From: Fonticula alba ATCC 38817
Lineage: Eukaryota; Protista; Nucleariida
Assembly (NCBI GenBank): GCA_000388065.2
Contig: KB932206.1
Reading direction: 5' to 3' (one strand)
Length of the DNA stretch: 64,000 nt
Shown here in pieces: positions 23,901-36,167 of the stretch (the stretch's first letter is position 1; every line of letters starts with the position of its first letter). Position numbers and translations under genes: made by a program. Below the pieces are notes generated by a model. It searched no databases. It was not told the DNA's origin and saw only the letters and a list, made by a program, of their open reading frames with translations.

Positions 23901-25736
23901 CTGTGTCAGAGGGAGGGATGAAAAAAAAAAAGGGGGGGGGGGAGGGGAGGGGCGAGGGGAAGGGTAGATGGGGGCGGTGACGACGTGGCAGGTTGGAAAA
24001 ACGCACTCATTGCGAAGGCCCGCGGCCGAGAGCTGCGACAGTTCCCACCGATCGGGGGAGGACATGCGGTGCTGCAGTCGCTTGGTGGAGGTGGATCGGC
24101 TTGCCGTTTGGGCTCCGGAGAGGGGTGGCGAGGGGAGAGCCTGGTGATTGGAAAGGGTGGCGAAATGGGTGAGTTGATGAGATCGAGGATCAAAAAGGAG
24201 GCGCCAGCAGGACATGAGAAGGAGGAGCATGTGAGGGAGGACGTACTGAGGGGATGGGGCCCCAGAGATCGTGCTGATCCAGGGCGGCGGCCTTGCTTCC
24301 GCCAATCGGACGCTTGAATTGATCGTCATCATGGCTGTCATAGCGATCACGTCGGTCATATTCCCGGTCACGGTCGCGATGGTCGCGGCTGTCGCGGCGG
24401 TCGCGGCTGTCTCGATGGTGATGGCCTCGATCGTCGTGGCGGTCCTCACGGCGGTCATAGCCGCGGTCGTCGCGACGGTCGTCACGGCGATCATCGCGNN
24501 NNNNNNNNNNNNNNNNNNNNNNNNNNNNNNNNNNNNNNNNNNNNNNNNNNNNNNNNNNNNNNNNNNNNNNNNNNNNNNNNNNNNNNNNNNNNNNNNNNNN
24601 NNNNNNNNNNNNNNNNNNNNNNNNNNNNNNNNNNNNNNNNNNNNNNNNNNNNNNNNNNNNNNNNNNNNNNNNNNNNNNNNNNNNNNNNNNNNNNNNNNNN
24701 NNNNNNNNNNNNNNNNNNNNNNNNNNNNNNNNNNNNNNNNNNNNNNNNNNNNNNNNNNNNNNNNNNNNNNNNNNNNNNNNNNNNNNNNNNNNNNNNNNNN
24801 NNNNNNNNNNNNNNNNNNNNNNNNNNNNNNNNNNNNNNNNNNNNNNNNNNNNNNNNNNNNNNNNNNNNNNNNNNNNNNNNNNNNNNNNNNNNNNNNNNNN
24901 NNNNNNNNNNNNNNNNNNNNNNNNNNNNNNNNNNNNNNNNNNNNNNNNNNNNNNNNNNNNNNNNNNNNNNNNNNNNNNNNNNNNNNNNNNNNNNNNNNNN
25001 NNNNNNNNNNNNNNNNNNNNNNNNNNNNNNNNNNNNNNNNNNNNNNNNNNNNNNNNNNNNNNNNNNNNNNNNNNNNNNNNNNNNNNNNNNNNNNNNNNNN
25101 NNNNNNNNNNNNNNNNNNNNNNNNNACGGCGATCATACCCGCGGTCGTCGCGACGGTCATATCCGCGGTCGTCACGGCGATCATATCCGCGGTCGTCGCG
25201 ACGGTCGTCACGGCGATCATACCCACGATCCTCATGGCGATCATCCTGGCGGTCGTCACGACGATCGAGCTCTCGAGTATCGTGGCGACCATCTCGCGGA
25301 TTAGAAGGACCGGTGGTGCTCGAAGAGGAGGCCGGCTTGACCGGCGGGCCGGCCGAGGACTGGAACTGAATGATCAGGTCATACAAGTAATCGATGAAGT
25401 CGGGCTCAAAGTTGAACTCCTTGAGCTTCTCCAAAAAAGCCCCCCGGGTGGAGCTGGAGTTGTGAAACTTAATGAGCAGGCGGGCTGGGTGCCATCAGAG
25501 CCCAGTAGAAGGAGACGCGAGTCAGCAAGGGAACGGGCAGTTGACATGGCTAGAATATGTATCGGAAGAGAGAGGGAGAGAGAGAGAGAGAGGAGAAGGA
25601 AAGGACCCGGGCGAAACGTACCAACTTTCAGGTTGGCAATTTGCTCGCGGCCGCGGTCAGACAAAGCTTTGCAGATTGCGTGGCTCAGTTCGAGGCGTTG
25701 AAGCTGGCCAAGGGAGTGGCCTCCAGGAGCGGACAT
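20955..25736 (-). CDS. DHX8: DEAH-box spliceosomal helicase Prp22/DHX8, multi-exon, spans an N gap
   Basis: N-terminal PWI-like segment; [13 protein letters not shown]; [14 protein letters not shown]; QRESLPVF; GETGSGKST; TQPRRVAA; DEAH; SAT; [13 protein letters not shown]; QRKGRAGR; HA2 and OB-fold C-terminus ending WRLSKRR. Confidence 0.95.
24330..25290 (-). repeat. Coding tandem repeats ([11 protein letters not shown]-type units) in the DHX8 RD-rich domain, collapsed into a 627-N gap
   Basis: Near-identical GCGGTCGTCGCGACGGTCGTCACGGCGATCAT units on both sides of the gap at 24499-25125. Confidence 0.85.
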
Positions 25737-26309
25737 CTTCCAGTGGAGAGGCGATGGGGCCCGCAGGTGGCCTGAAAGGATGGCAAGGAGGGGCGGGAAC
25801 GAGGGAGAAGAAGGAGCAGGGGAAAGGAAGAGCAAGGAAGGGGGGAGGGCGCAAAAGGGGGAGGGGGGCAGGATGGAGGGGCTTTCTGGTGTCTGGCGCA
25901 ATGGGCCGGCTTCGGACAGGTCACCCTTTCTTGAGATGGACCTGACCGGGCCCGCATGATGGCCAAGAAACCGCCCGCACACCCCCAGTAGCACCTTCGT
26001 TGGGATTGAGATCGAAAAGCGCTCCCTATCGTCTACCGCCGACTGGAAACGATCCACACATTTACGGGTGTGAATGACCCGGAGCCCGGGACGCGGGGAC
26101 GCAGTGCCAGAGAGCCCGGGGCGCGGGGTGCGGGGTGCGGGGGGGGGGGGGGGGGGGGCGAGGAGGACAGAAACAGAGCACCCCGGGGGGTGGGGACCGC
26201 GGCGAAGGTTCGTTCTTGGGAAGACGAAAGACCAGTTCTGGGATGATGAAAATGAAAACGCAAGCGCCAAGTCTCATGTGTGCGTGATTCTCGTACATTC
26301 TGGAGAACA

Positions 26310-26910
26310 GTATTCCACAAAGGTGTAGTGGAATCCCCATGTAAACGATAGATGAAGCAACACGTGAGTGAATTGCCACACGTGTTACATCGTGGGAATG
26401 ATAGCATCCCAGAACAGCATTCCTCGGAGAGGAATGCGGGGCAGAACAACAGCCAGGAGGCCGCCGAGGCCGAGCGGCATAAACGCTCGACCGAGGACGG
26501 AGATACGCGAGTGGGCGGGCCCAGCCGCGGGGTTCTCAGTTCCAACCCCTGACCGAGCCCAAAGGTCAAAAAGGGGGACTCTCGTTGAGAGCCTCCTGAG
26601 AGCGAAAGCCTTAGCAGCTGTGTGTCGAAGAGTATACGGAAGTATAGCCGAAGCACCAGTTAGGCCGACGAACACCTGTTCTAAGGCTTCCTCTCGAACC
26701 CTTTTTAACATCCGAGTTCCTTTCTATTTTCGCTTGCCACTAACTCGTCTCAAGCCGAGTTACTGACTCATCTGGTAACAGACGACCGTGAACCGCTGGT
26801 TGGTATGTCCCCTCCTTCATGCCAAGAGGTTACTAACCAGGTGGCAGATCACACTGGTACCCTTCGTCAAGCCTCACTCACTTGACTTAGGCTTAACCCG
26901 TGTGAACCCT
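26310..26910 (+). ncRNA. Unidentified, densely structured RNA-like element (candidate ncRNA)
   Basis: At least 12 adjacent hairpins, three GNRA tetraloops and several G-U wobble pairs on the plus strand. No microsatellites and no credible ORF. Family not recognised; see findings. Confidence 0.45.
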
Positions 26911-28583
26911 GCTACAAAAGGACGGGCCTGGCGTGACCAAGCACCACGCCACCCTTGCCGCGCCCCAACCCGCGGTCCGGAGCCGAGACCAGTCATCCAT
27001 TGGGACGTGTGTGGGTGTGGGTGTGGGTGTGTGGGTGTGTGGGTGTGTTTGTCCGTCGGCGTGCTCCCCTTCTTCGCGCTGCCGCGGCTCCAAGGGCCGC
27101 GCAATGAAGACCCACCCTCCTCCGCCCCCGGCCCTTGCGAGCCCTGTGTCCCCGCAGGCGTTTCGGGTGGCGAGGGGCCGCGACCACCCAGATGGGCGTC
27201 CGTGGACCGGACGCGTCCCGCTGCGCATCCACATTACCGACCCAAGGGGCATTGCCAAGACGCGAGCCCCGGCCCACGCGCCACACTGCCCGGTTGCGGG
27301 GGGAGGGGGGGGCGGGGCTCCAATTATCCAGAAAGGGGATACTGTCCCGGGAGGAAGTGTCCCATGGAACGGCGGGAGACCCCGGCGTCCGGCGTCCCTC
27401 TGTGGGCTGACCCCCCCCCCCCCCCGCCTTGAGAGCAGGGGCCGGGGAGTGGGGGCGGGGGGCCAATCCAACACCCGGCTCCCACGAGGCCCGGGCAGTC
27501 CTGGGGCATTATTCTGGGGCGCCGCCCTGTCTGCCCGCGGGGGGCGGGGGGGGGGGGCTCAAGAGACAGCCCCTACAGATCGGTGCTCTCTCTGAGGCCG
27601 ATGCCGCTCCTGCCCACACTGGCTTTCCGCCAGCCCATGCAGGCTCCCTCGCACTGCCCCCGGCCATCCGGCCCCCCCCCCCCGCCCCCCAAGGCGGGCA
27701 AGGAAATCGTGCCCCAAAAATGCGGCATTCTTCGACGGGAGTGGGCCCGAGAGACGGTCGAGCGGCCCCGCAGGAACACACGCACACGCACACGCACACA
27801 CACGGCGCATTTACCTGAAGCCTCAGCAACGGGCGGATGTGCGGGCGAAGTTGAAATATTAAAGTAGGGGGATATATATATGTAACTGTTGATTTGCGAA
27901 CGGGATCCTGCTCAGGAAGAGCCCACCGAGCTTGTGTGACCGGCGGCCCGCTTTTGGGCGGCCGGATCTCGAATCCGACGTTCCTCTCCTTTCGCGGCTT
28001 GGGGGGTGGCATCAGGGGCCGGGGTCCTGCCCGAGAGAAACTGTTCGATTGCCACCATTCGCCTCCCGACCTGGAGCCGGAAAGCATACCACCCTTGAGA
28101 GGTGGAGGCTGCAGGCCACAACAGGGTATTCGGCCACCCGCCCCGATGTTGCGGCTGCCCGCTCACCCTGCGGGTGCCCTGGTCGGCTCGCTTGCCATCC
28201 CGGCCGAGACCTTTGCGGTGGGCCCGGTGCGCGAGAGGCGTGGCTTGGGGGGGGGGGGGGGGGGGGGAGGGTCCCTTGAAAATGATCTCACACACGCACA
28301 CGCACACGCAGACCCCACCCCCCCCCCCGTACACGAATGTTCGCTCCCTCTCTGTTTCCCTTCCCCGCCCCCCCCCCCCCACCGGCGCCCGAAGGTGATA
28401 CGGCGGAGATCCGATCCAACTGCTCAAAGCGTTGCGACACGAGCTTCCGGCCTCGACGGCGGATCCAACAAGCCGTTCCCTCCCCCCCCCACCCTTCTCC
28501 TCCCTCACGCCCCTCATCCCCCCCCCCCGCTTTCGCCGCGCGCGCCTGTCTGTCCCTGGGTCCGGTCCACTGGGGCGTGCGAT

Positions 28584-30619
28584 ATGCACCCGGTAGATCC
28601 CGCTCCTGCCGACCCCCGCCGCCGCCTCCACCACCCCCACCCCCACCACCTTTCCAGCCCTTCGCCCCACCGCGCCCCTCGCCACTTGCCCCACCCCTCG
28701 CCCAGCCAGCCCCCGGTTTCTCGAGATCAGCCTCTCCCCTCCCTTGCTGGTATGCCACAGACTCTGTCCCCGACGGCCATGCTCCCTGGCCCCTTTGTGT
28801 ACCATCACTCCCCGGGCATGGGAGGCGGTATCTATTCGCACATGGACGCGCGTGCCGAGGCTGGTGACTATGCCACTGGGCTGCCTCCTACACACCATCT
28901 CGGCTCGGGCGGTGACTCCCTGCGCGCCGGGATCCGTCCATCCGGGGGGCCCATGCATCCGACGCCCTTTGGCGCGCGCCCGGAGTCCAGCTTGCGTGTG
29001 GTCAAGCCTCGCCATCGGCTGGAGCTCACCTCGCCGACTCGGGTGACTGGCCTCAGCCTGGCGGCTCTCCAGGCCAGCGCCCCGACCACCCTCCGGCCTG
29101 ATGCCACCCCCCTGCCGAAGACCGAGCCGGTGTTCCCCCAGCCTCAGGCCGATCCGCTGGCGGGACTGGACACTGCCGGTGCCCGAGGGAACCCCCCCGT
29201 ATCGGCTGTTTCCCTGGATCCGGCCAAGCCCTCCACCATTCCGCTGAGCTTTCGCCACTTATGGCGCACTGTCAACCGGGCCTTCCCTCCCAGCCTGGTT
29301 GTCAGCCGCACCGCGGCCGGCGGTGGCCGGCGCGATGCCAGCCCCGACGATGAGGACGATGATGTTCCCCTCTCCAAGCAGGAGGCCACCTGCGGTCGAC
29401 TGGCCATCCTCTCCTCCGGGCATCTGGATCCCATGAAGCGGGCCCTTGGGGACATCCTCCAGCACTATCGAGTTGACAGCGCTTCGCGGCACCCGCTGTA
29501 CGTGTGGACCCCCTCTCTGCCACTTCAGGGCCAGTGCACCGAATGCCGATATTGACACTGCCCCTTCACGCCATCTGGTCTTTCCCTCCCTCCCCCCCCC
29601 TCCCCCCCCCCCAGGAACCAATCTTTCTCGTGCATTGCCAGTAACCTTCCCCTGGGGACGGCCCGCTCACGTGTCGAGACCCAGAGCCACATCAAGATGG
29701 TCATGATCGATCAGGTGCGGGCATGCCCCTCTTCCAGTGTCTCCTTATTTCCCTCCCCGGCCATGGGTCTCCGAAGTTCCTTTTCACTCACGCTCCTTTG
29801 TCATTCCCCCTCCCCAGCTTGACACTTGTCCATGGACGCACATTGCCATTCCCCAGGAGTTGATCCAGCTTGATCGAAATGTCCGCCCTGTCAAGAAGTC
29901 CCCCAATTTGGATCCCTCCAAGGTCCTCTCCGTGGAGATTCTGGTCGCCTGCGCCAGTGACTTCTCCAAGGGCCCGGTGTCCATGTGCAACGATTGTGTT
30001 TCGCGCGAGGTGTGTTATCTCCCCCCTCGCCCTCCTCTCTGTCAGTCTGTCCTCTTCTCCGTGGTCACACCCTGCCCAGTGTGGGGATCTTCGTCGAGCT
30101 GACATCTCCCGTGGCAAACAGCACCGCCGCATGGTCAAGCGCCTGGACAGCCGGATCAAACGCCTCCAACAGCAGGCCGGCGGCTCTTTCGACAAGCTTG
30201 TTGCCCTGCCCGGATTTGCGCATCTCCGTGGCCAGCAGCTGGAACCGCTCCTCCGGGACATGAGCGGCCCGGTGACGGCCGACGCCCTGCGTGCGCTCCC
30301 TGGCGCGAGTGCTTCCACCTCCGAGACTCCGGTCGCCCGGCCAGCCTCCGTCGAGGTGTTCATCAATTCCCTCGAGTCCTATCGTCAGGCATTGGTGAAC
30401 TTGGACGAGGCCACTCATCAGGGCCCGCAGTCGGATGATCACCTGCGAATCATTGTGTTCAACTCTTCGCAGCACATTCCCCTGACCGATGGCATGGCCA
30501 AGTTTCGCGTTCGCATCACTTGTTACTCGCGTCACCATCAGGAGTTGACTGGTTATTGGTGCGTTTCTCATCTTTCTGCCTTCCCTTGATCCATGATCGT
30601 CCCTCTGGAGCTGCGTGAC

Positions 30620-30658
<39 letters not shown>

Positions 30659-31140
30659 CCTTCTCCATCCCCTGATGTAGCTTGGTCTTCATTTTCCGTG
30701 ATCATCAGGGTCGCTTTGTCACGGCGACCGTGGCTCCTCCGATCATGGTCACCGATGACCACAAAAGTGCCAAGGTCAACCGGCGCGCCGGCGGTGCCGG
30801 GGCTGGCTCCGGACGCGATCGGGCAGGCTCTTCGGCCCCCCCCTCGCCAGATCGGCTTCTCCCGGCCGCCGGCACTTTGTCGGTGGCACCCAGTGCTGGC
30901 CGCCATGAGCTCGAGGCCACTGGTGGTTCGCCCTCTTCGCCCTCTTCGCCGATTGTCTCGGACCCGAGTCTGCCTGATGATGTGACTCCTGCTGGCAGTG
31001 GCGCGAGCAGCCCCCAGCTGTCGGATCACTTCCCGATGGCGGGCAGCAGCCGCCTGGCCAGCGCATCGCATTCGCTGGAGCCTCTCCCACAGGTCACCGG
31101 CTCCCATCACCATCCTCATCACCATCCTCATCCCCATCCT

Positions 31141-31171
<31 letters not shown>

Positions 31172-32490
31172 CCCAGGCGCACGTCCTGACTCACCTCCAA
31201 GCCCAGCATGGGGTTGCTCTTGGCCCGGCAGCGGCTGAGCAGGGTGGATCGCTGGCCGGTGGCTTCCACCACTCGCATCACGGTCCATCGCACCATCATC
31301 ACGCGGGCGATCTGGATGCCGGCTCCCCTCCGATGCGTGGTGCTTTCCTGTCGGAGCATGGCGATTCGCACCTGATGGACCCGCATCTGGGGCATATGCC
31401 TCCCGGTCCGCCGGAGTCGCACCATCTTCATCACCACTTGCACCAGCACCCCCACCATTCAGGGCACGCGCACCATCGTGTGTCCGGCAGCCAGCCGGGC
31501 CTCGATGTTGGTGGGCATGATGGGGCCGACTTTGCCCCGGTCTCGGGATCGGGCCTCCTTCGTCGCCCGACCACCCATTCGCCCCATAGCCCGGATACCA
31601 CAACTCGTGGCATTTATGGGCTCATGTCAGCGGATCAGGCGTCCGCGCCGCGGCGCTTTGCCGGCGACGCCCCGCACCATGTAGTACACCCTGGAGGTCC
31701 GGCCGACCACCATGCGCAGCACTCTCACCACCATCACCACCACCATCATCGTCACTCGCAGCCGCAGCCGCAGCCGCAGCCGCAGCCGCAGTCACAGCCG
31801 CAGCACCAGCAACGTCAGCAGCGGTCTCTGCCGCCCCAGCAATCGCAGGGGCACTTCGCCTCACAGGGGCAGTCCCACTTCCAGTCCCACCCGCAGGGGG
31901 ACATGCTTGTGCCAGCTTCCGCGACTGGCGGCTTTCCCGCTACGTCGCACGATGGAGGGGCTCCGCTACATGGTGCTCCGGGTGGCTTCGAGCAGCGCCA
32001 TCCCCTGGACTCCGGTGTTTCCGGTGCGGCATATCCTTCCATGCATCATGGAGGTGTGCCGCCGGGCACCTCCAGATCCGAGATTGCCCCTGTCGGTGGT
32101 CCGGGCTTCCCGACATCCCTGTCGGCCGATCGCCGGGGGCCTGGCTTCCTTTCCGGGCCCGACAGCACGCATTACCTAACCCCGAATGCCACACCCGGCC
32201 CGAGTGAGCCGGCTTTTGGTGCCTACCCCCCGGCTGGCGGCCATGGCGCTGCCCCGAGCGGCCCCGGACCCGACGTCTTCACCGACATGCATCATCATTC
32301 GCCCTCGAGCAGTAGCCCGGGTGATGCCAATCGCCTCCGTCAGCCGGACTCCTTCCGTCCACCGCATCTTTACCCGCAGCAGCACCACTTCTCGCCACAT
32401 CCCCCGACGGGACAGCCCCAATCGCAGCCCCAGTCGCAGCCACGGTCGCAGCCGCAGCCGCAGCCACAGCAGCAGCAGCAGCAGCGGCAG

Positions 32491-32525
<35 letters not shown>

Positions 32526-35500
32526 GCCGTCGTCGGCACATCACCATCCGCTTCAGCAGTCGGCTTATGGTGGGCCTGCCGGCACCATGGGCTCCTATCT
32601 GCAGGCTGGCCGCTCGGATGCCCTGATGTCCGTGGCCCCTGCCCATGACCACCCGGAGGAGCATCACCCGGCTGAGCTGGGCCCGACCGCCACCACGGAT
32701 CCCTCCCACCCGGCAAACTGCTACTTCACATACCCCGGACAGGGGACGTCGGCTTCCTGCCTGCCGGGAGCCCCCGGGGCCCAGGCAGCTGGGCACTATT
32801 CCGACTTCCTGCCAGGGCCTCCGGGATCCGCCGGTGCTCCCCCTGGCACTTTCCCTGCCTTTTCGCCATCGATGCCAGGCACCATTCCCTCGCCCAACAC
32901 ACCGGCCCTTTCGTCATCGGTGCTCGGCGAGGAAGCCCCGGCAGACGTGGTCATGGTCGAGCCGGCGCGCGCGCCGATCGGTTCCATCATCACCGGCCCG
33001 ATGACCGGCTCGCCTCTCTCCGAGGTGGCCTCTTCGTCCCCGCACTCCGGGCAGTCTTTCTACTCGGATGCCGTGCCTTTCATCGGGAGTGCGTCTGGCC
33101 TCCTGATCACAAGCACCGTGGCTCCCGTCTCGCCTCCCAATGGCAAGGATCTTCCTTGGCCCGAGGTGTCGCGGGTCATCCCCCGCGAGGGATCCATCCG
33201 TGGCGGTGTCGAGGTGACCGTCCTTGGGCGCAACTTCATCGGTATGTGCTTCTCCCCTGTCGCCCTTCCCTTTCTCCCGCCCTCCCTCCCTGTTGCGCTG
33301 GTGGATGGATTGGACGGCGGCTGCATGTGTTCTGGCGGTTGGCATACTCACCTCTGCGTCTCTATCTCTCTCTCTCTCCCCCCCCCCTCCTCCTCCTCCT
33401 TCCACCAGACGGCGTCACCATCAACTTCGGCTGCTCCCAGGCCATGGTGCTGCAGGTGTGGAGTGACACGACGCTCATCTGCCTGCTGCCCCCGGCGGCT
33501 GAGCCGGGCGATGTTCCCGTAGATGTGACCCTCACTCAGGCGGCCCTTGAAGGGCTCCAGCGCACGGCCCTGTCGGCTCCTGGTGCCGAAACCTCGCCCT
33601 CTCCATCGATCCCGGCCTCGACGGCGCCTGGAGACCCTCCGGCCGACTCGCCCCCGGGTCCTGGCCCGAGCAATGTCCCCGACGCCAATGCCCGCGAGAT
33701 TGTCCTTTTCAGCTATCGCGACGACATGGACAAGGCCCTCATGGAGCTGGCCCTACGGGTGATCGGCGTGAAGGTCAATGAGAAGCCCGAAAATTCGAGC
33801 CAGGTGCGTCTTTGCACAGCCCTTTGTGCATGCGGTAAAGTGTGCATGTTGCCCTGCGCACCATCTCCACACCTTTAGCTCTGCTAACCCCCCCCCCCCC
33901 CCCAATTGCCCAGGTATCTGCCATGATGTCTACCTTGTCAAACTTCCTCAAGAGCGGCTTCCCATTCCTCAACACCGGGGGTGGTGCTGGTCCCTCCGAT
34001 GCGAGCGAGCCCATTGAGGAGATCCCCGACGAGCAGGTGGCCGAGCAGGCCCACAAGCATGTGGCCGAGTCCACCGACGCGTCTGCTGATTCCGATGCCG
34101 CGAGTGACGCCGGGATTGGCGATGGCTCGTCCGCCACTTCGACGCCTCCGCCACGCGCTGGACGCCCCCTCCGGCGGAGTAACTCCTTCTCCTCGATCCA
34201 CTCTGGCAGTTGTGCCAGTGGCACCACCGACTCCGGCCCGGGGGCATTGGAGCGTTCGCGGTCCTTCGACACTTCGCTCCTGGATCTGGACCTGGTGGAC
34301 CTGCATGGCGGCGTCCTGTCAGATGACTCCTCTGCCCCGCAAACCCCCCGGACCGAAGGCCAGTCGAATCCCTCCGAGGCTTCCCCCCCGTCGCGACTGC
34401 CTCCTGGCATGGAAATCGGCGGCGGCCAGGACGAGGAGACCATCCTGCGGGCCCTTTCCGCGGCTTATGGTTTCCGGACCTTCGGTCTGCCCTTCGAGCA
34501 CCGGTCCACGTCCGGGCATACGCTCCTCCACATGGCCGCCATCAGCAACTACTTCAGACTCTGTTGGTTCATCCTGGAGCGGGCCTTCTCGTCGGAGGTC
34601 CTGCACGCGGTGGACTTCTATGGCCGGACGCCTCTGCATCTGGCGATCATCCATGACCATCCGGTTGTGGCGACCCTCTTGCTGTTTGCCGGGGCCGATG
34701 CCTTTGCCACTGATGCCTATGGGCGAACTTGCCTGCAGTATGCCGCTGTGGGGTCGCGTTGCCGGTCGATCCTGGCCCGCATGCTTGCTCGGTCGGATTC
34801 CCCCCTGCACGCGGCGCGTCTCGGCACGAGCCCCAGGTCGGCCACCTTTGCGCGCTTGCGCTCCGAAATCCACGCCCTGCCGGAGCTCTTTGGCTCGGTC
34901 CCGGCCCTGCCGGCCGAGGCACGAGTTGGTGGCCCTGTCACTGCCACAACGGTCGCCGCTCATGGCCTGGCCGCCGACGCCAATGTCCGGCGGCCGATCG
35001 GGGCGGCCTCCGGCGCCGGGCCCACCTCTCCGGAGGCCTTCCTTCAGGAGATGAAGTCCTTCATCGACACGGTGGCCGATCGGGTGTCGAGTGTCTTCCA
35101 GCCGATTGGAGCCAGCTCGCTCAGCCTCTGGGACGATTACAGTTCCCTGGTGTCGGTCCATGCGGTGGACCTTTGGCAGTTGGCTCTCGGCAAGCTGTCC
35201 AGCATCCCCTCCTCGGTGGTGACTTCTTGGTCGGAGAATCTGGCCTACTATTTGCGCCAGCAGCAGCAGCAGCAGCAGGCCCAGGCCACGGGCGGTGTGT
35301 CGGCAGAATCCGACACATCCCCCGCCAACCCCGCGGCCGGGACCCCGGCAAGTGCTGAGGGTGCTGCTGCTGGGGCTCCCGCCACATCCACCCCGCCCGG
35401 TTCCACCAAGCGCCCAATCTCCCCGGCGCGACTGATGAACTTCCTCTATGCACTGGCGCTGAGTCCGTCAAGCAATCCGGCTGCTGCTTTGCAGGCCGCC

Positions 35501-35778
35501 CGCCAGGCAGCTGCCATCGATTCCGCTGCCACTCCTGTCGCCTCTGCCACTGCCACTACCACTGCCACTACTACTGCTACGGCTGCTGGTGCTGCTGGTG
35601 CTGCTGCTGCCGCGGCCGCTCCCGCGACCAAGTCTCTTCACACGCCACAGCAGCAGCAGCAGTTTGTCCGTCAAACGGTCACAATCGAAATGCGGCCCGG
35701 CCGCAAGCGCGATCGGATGCTTTTCAACTTCTGGGTCCCCATGCTCATTTGTATGTTTCCTCTCCTCTGCCTCTTGCC

Positions 35779-35813
<35 letters not shown>

Positions 35814-36167
35814 TCGCTTCCTCGCCGTCTGACCATGGACATCTCAAAACCACCTCCCATCATCATCGCCATCCTCCTCGACGCGACTCCACCCCGCCCA
35901 GCCTTCTTCGGTATCATGTTCCTCCTCAAGCTGGTCCCCTTCCTTTATCATAGCTACCACTCGGCCATGGTTGGGAGGACCGCCGCGGTCTCCGTTGCCG
36001 ACAAGCTGGCTGCCGTACCGGCCTCGACGGCGGCCGCCGTCGAGCAGGCCGCCACGAGCGTGGTCGAGAAGACCTCCGAGCATGCTGGCATTACGTCCTT
36101 CGTATCCGACACTGTCTCGCGCTTGATGGATCTCTTCCATAGCCAGGCGCCGATCATTGCCACCTAG
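28584..36167 (+). CDS. Mga2/Spt23-like membrane-bound transcription factor (DNA-binding domain, IPT/TIG, ankyrin repeats, C-terminal TM helix), about 8 exons; start codon uncertain
   Basis: RSRVETQSHIK; CNDCVSRE; RIIVFN...RITCYSRHHQE; IMVTDDHK; IPT SRVIPREGSIRGGVEVTVLGRNF; FSYRDDMDKALMELALRVIG; two ankyrin repeats (GHTLLHMAA, GRTPLHLA); RDRMLFNFWVP plus TM helix. His/Gln-rich linkers. Exons checked in phase: 29615-29714, 29818-30009, 30122-30558, 30681-33241, 33409-33803, 33914-35750, 35902-36167. Confidence 0.88.

Noticed and set aside
22488-25701. Very long ORFs crossing N runs (also at 47.4-48.3, 51.6-53.6 and 58.1-59.6 kb)
   Set aside because: Their length comes from gaps translated as X.
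26331-26585. RNase MRP RNA on the minus strand (GAGAGTCCCC with a GGGGATTC partner)
   Set aside because: No P3 directly before the motif, the 3' strand lacks the GGGGCUnA CR-V pattern, and GNRA/wobble polarity favours the plus strand. Only a covariance-model search can exclude it fully.
26592-26612. U3 snoRNA box B-like CTCCTGAGAGCGAAAGCC
   Set aside because: No box A GGATCA upstream and no box C TGATGA downstream.
26385-26711. 108-aa minus-strand ORF over the structured element
   Set aside because: No domain, no host-like codon bias, and no splice context.
26741-26790. Twister ribozyme (loop TCTCAAGC resembles L4 UCCCAAGC)
   Set aside because: The P2, pseudoknot partners and U-A cleavage site cannot be placed in any permutation.
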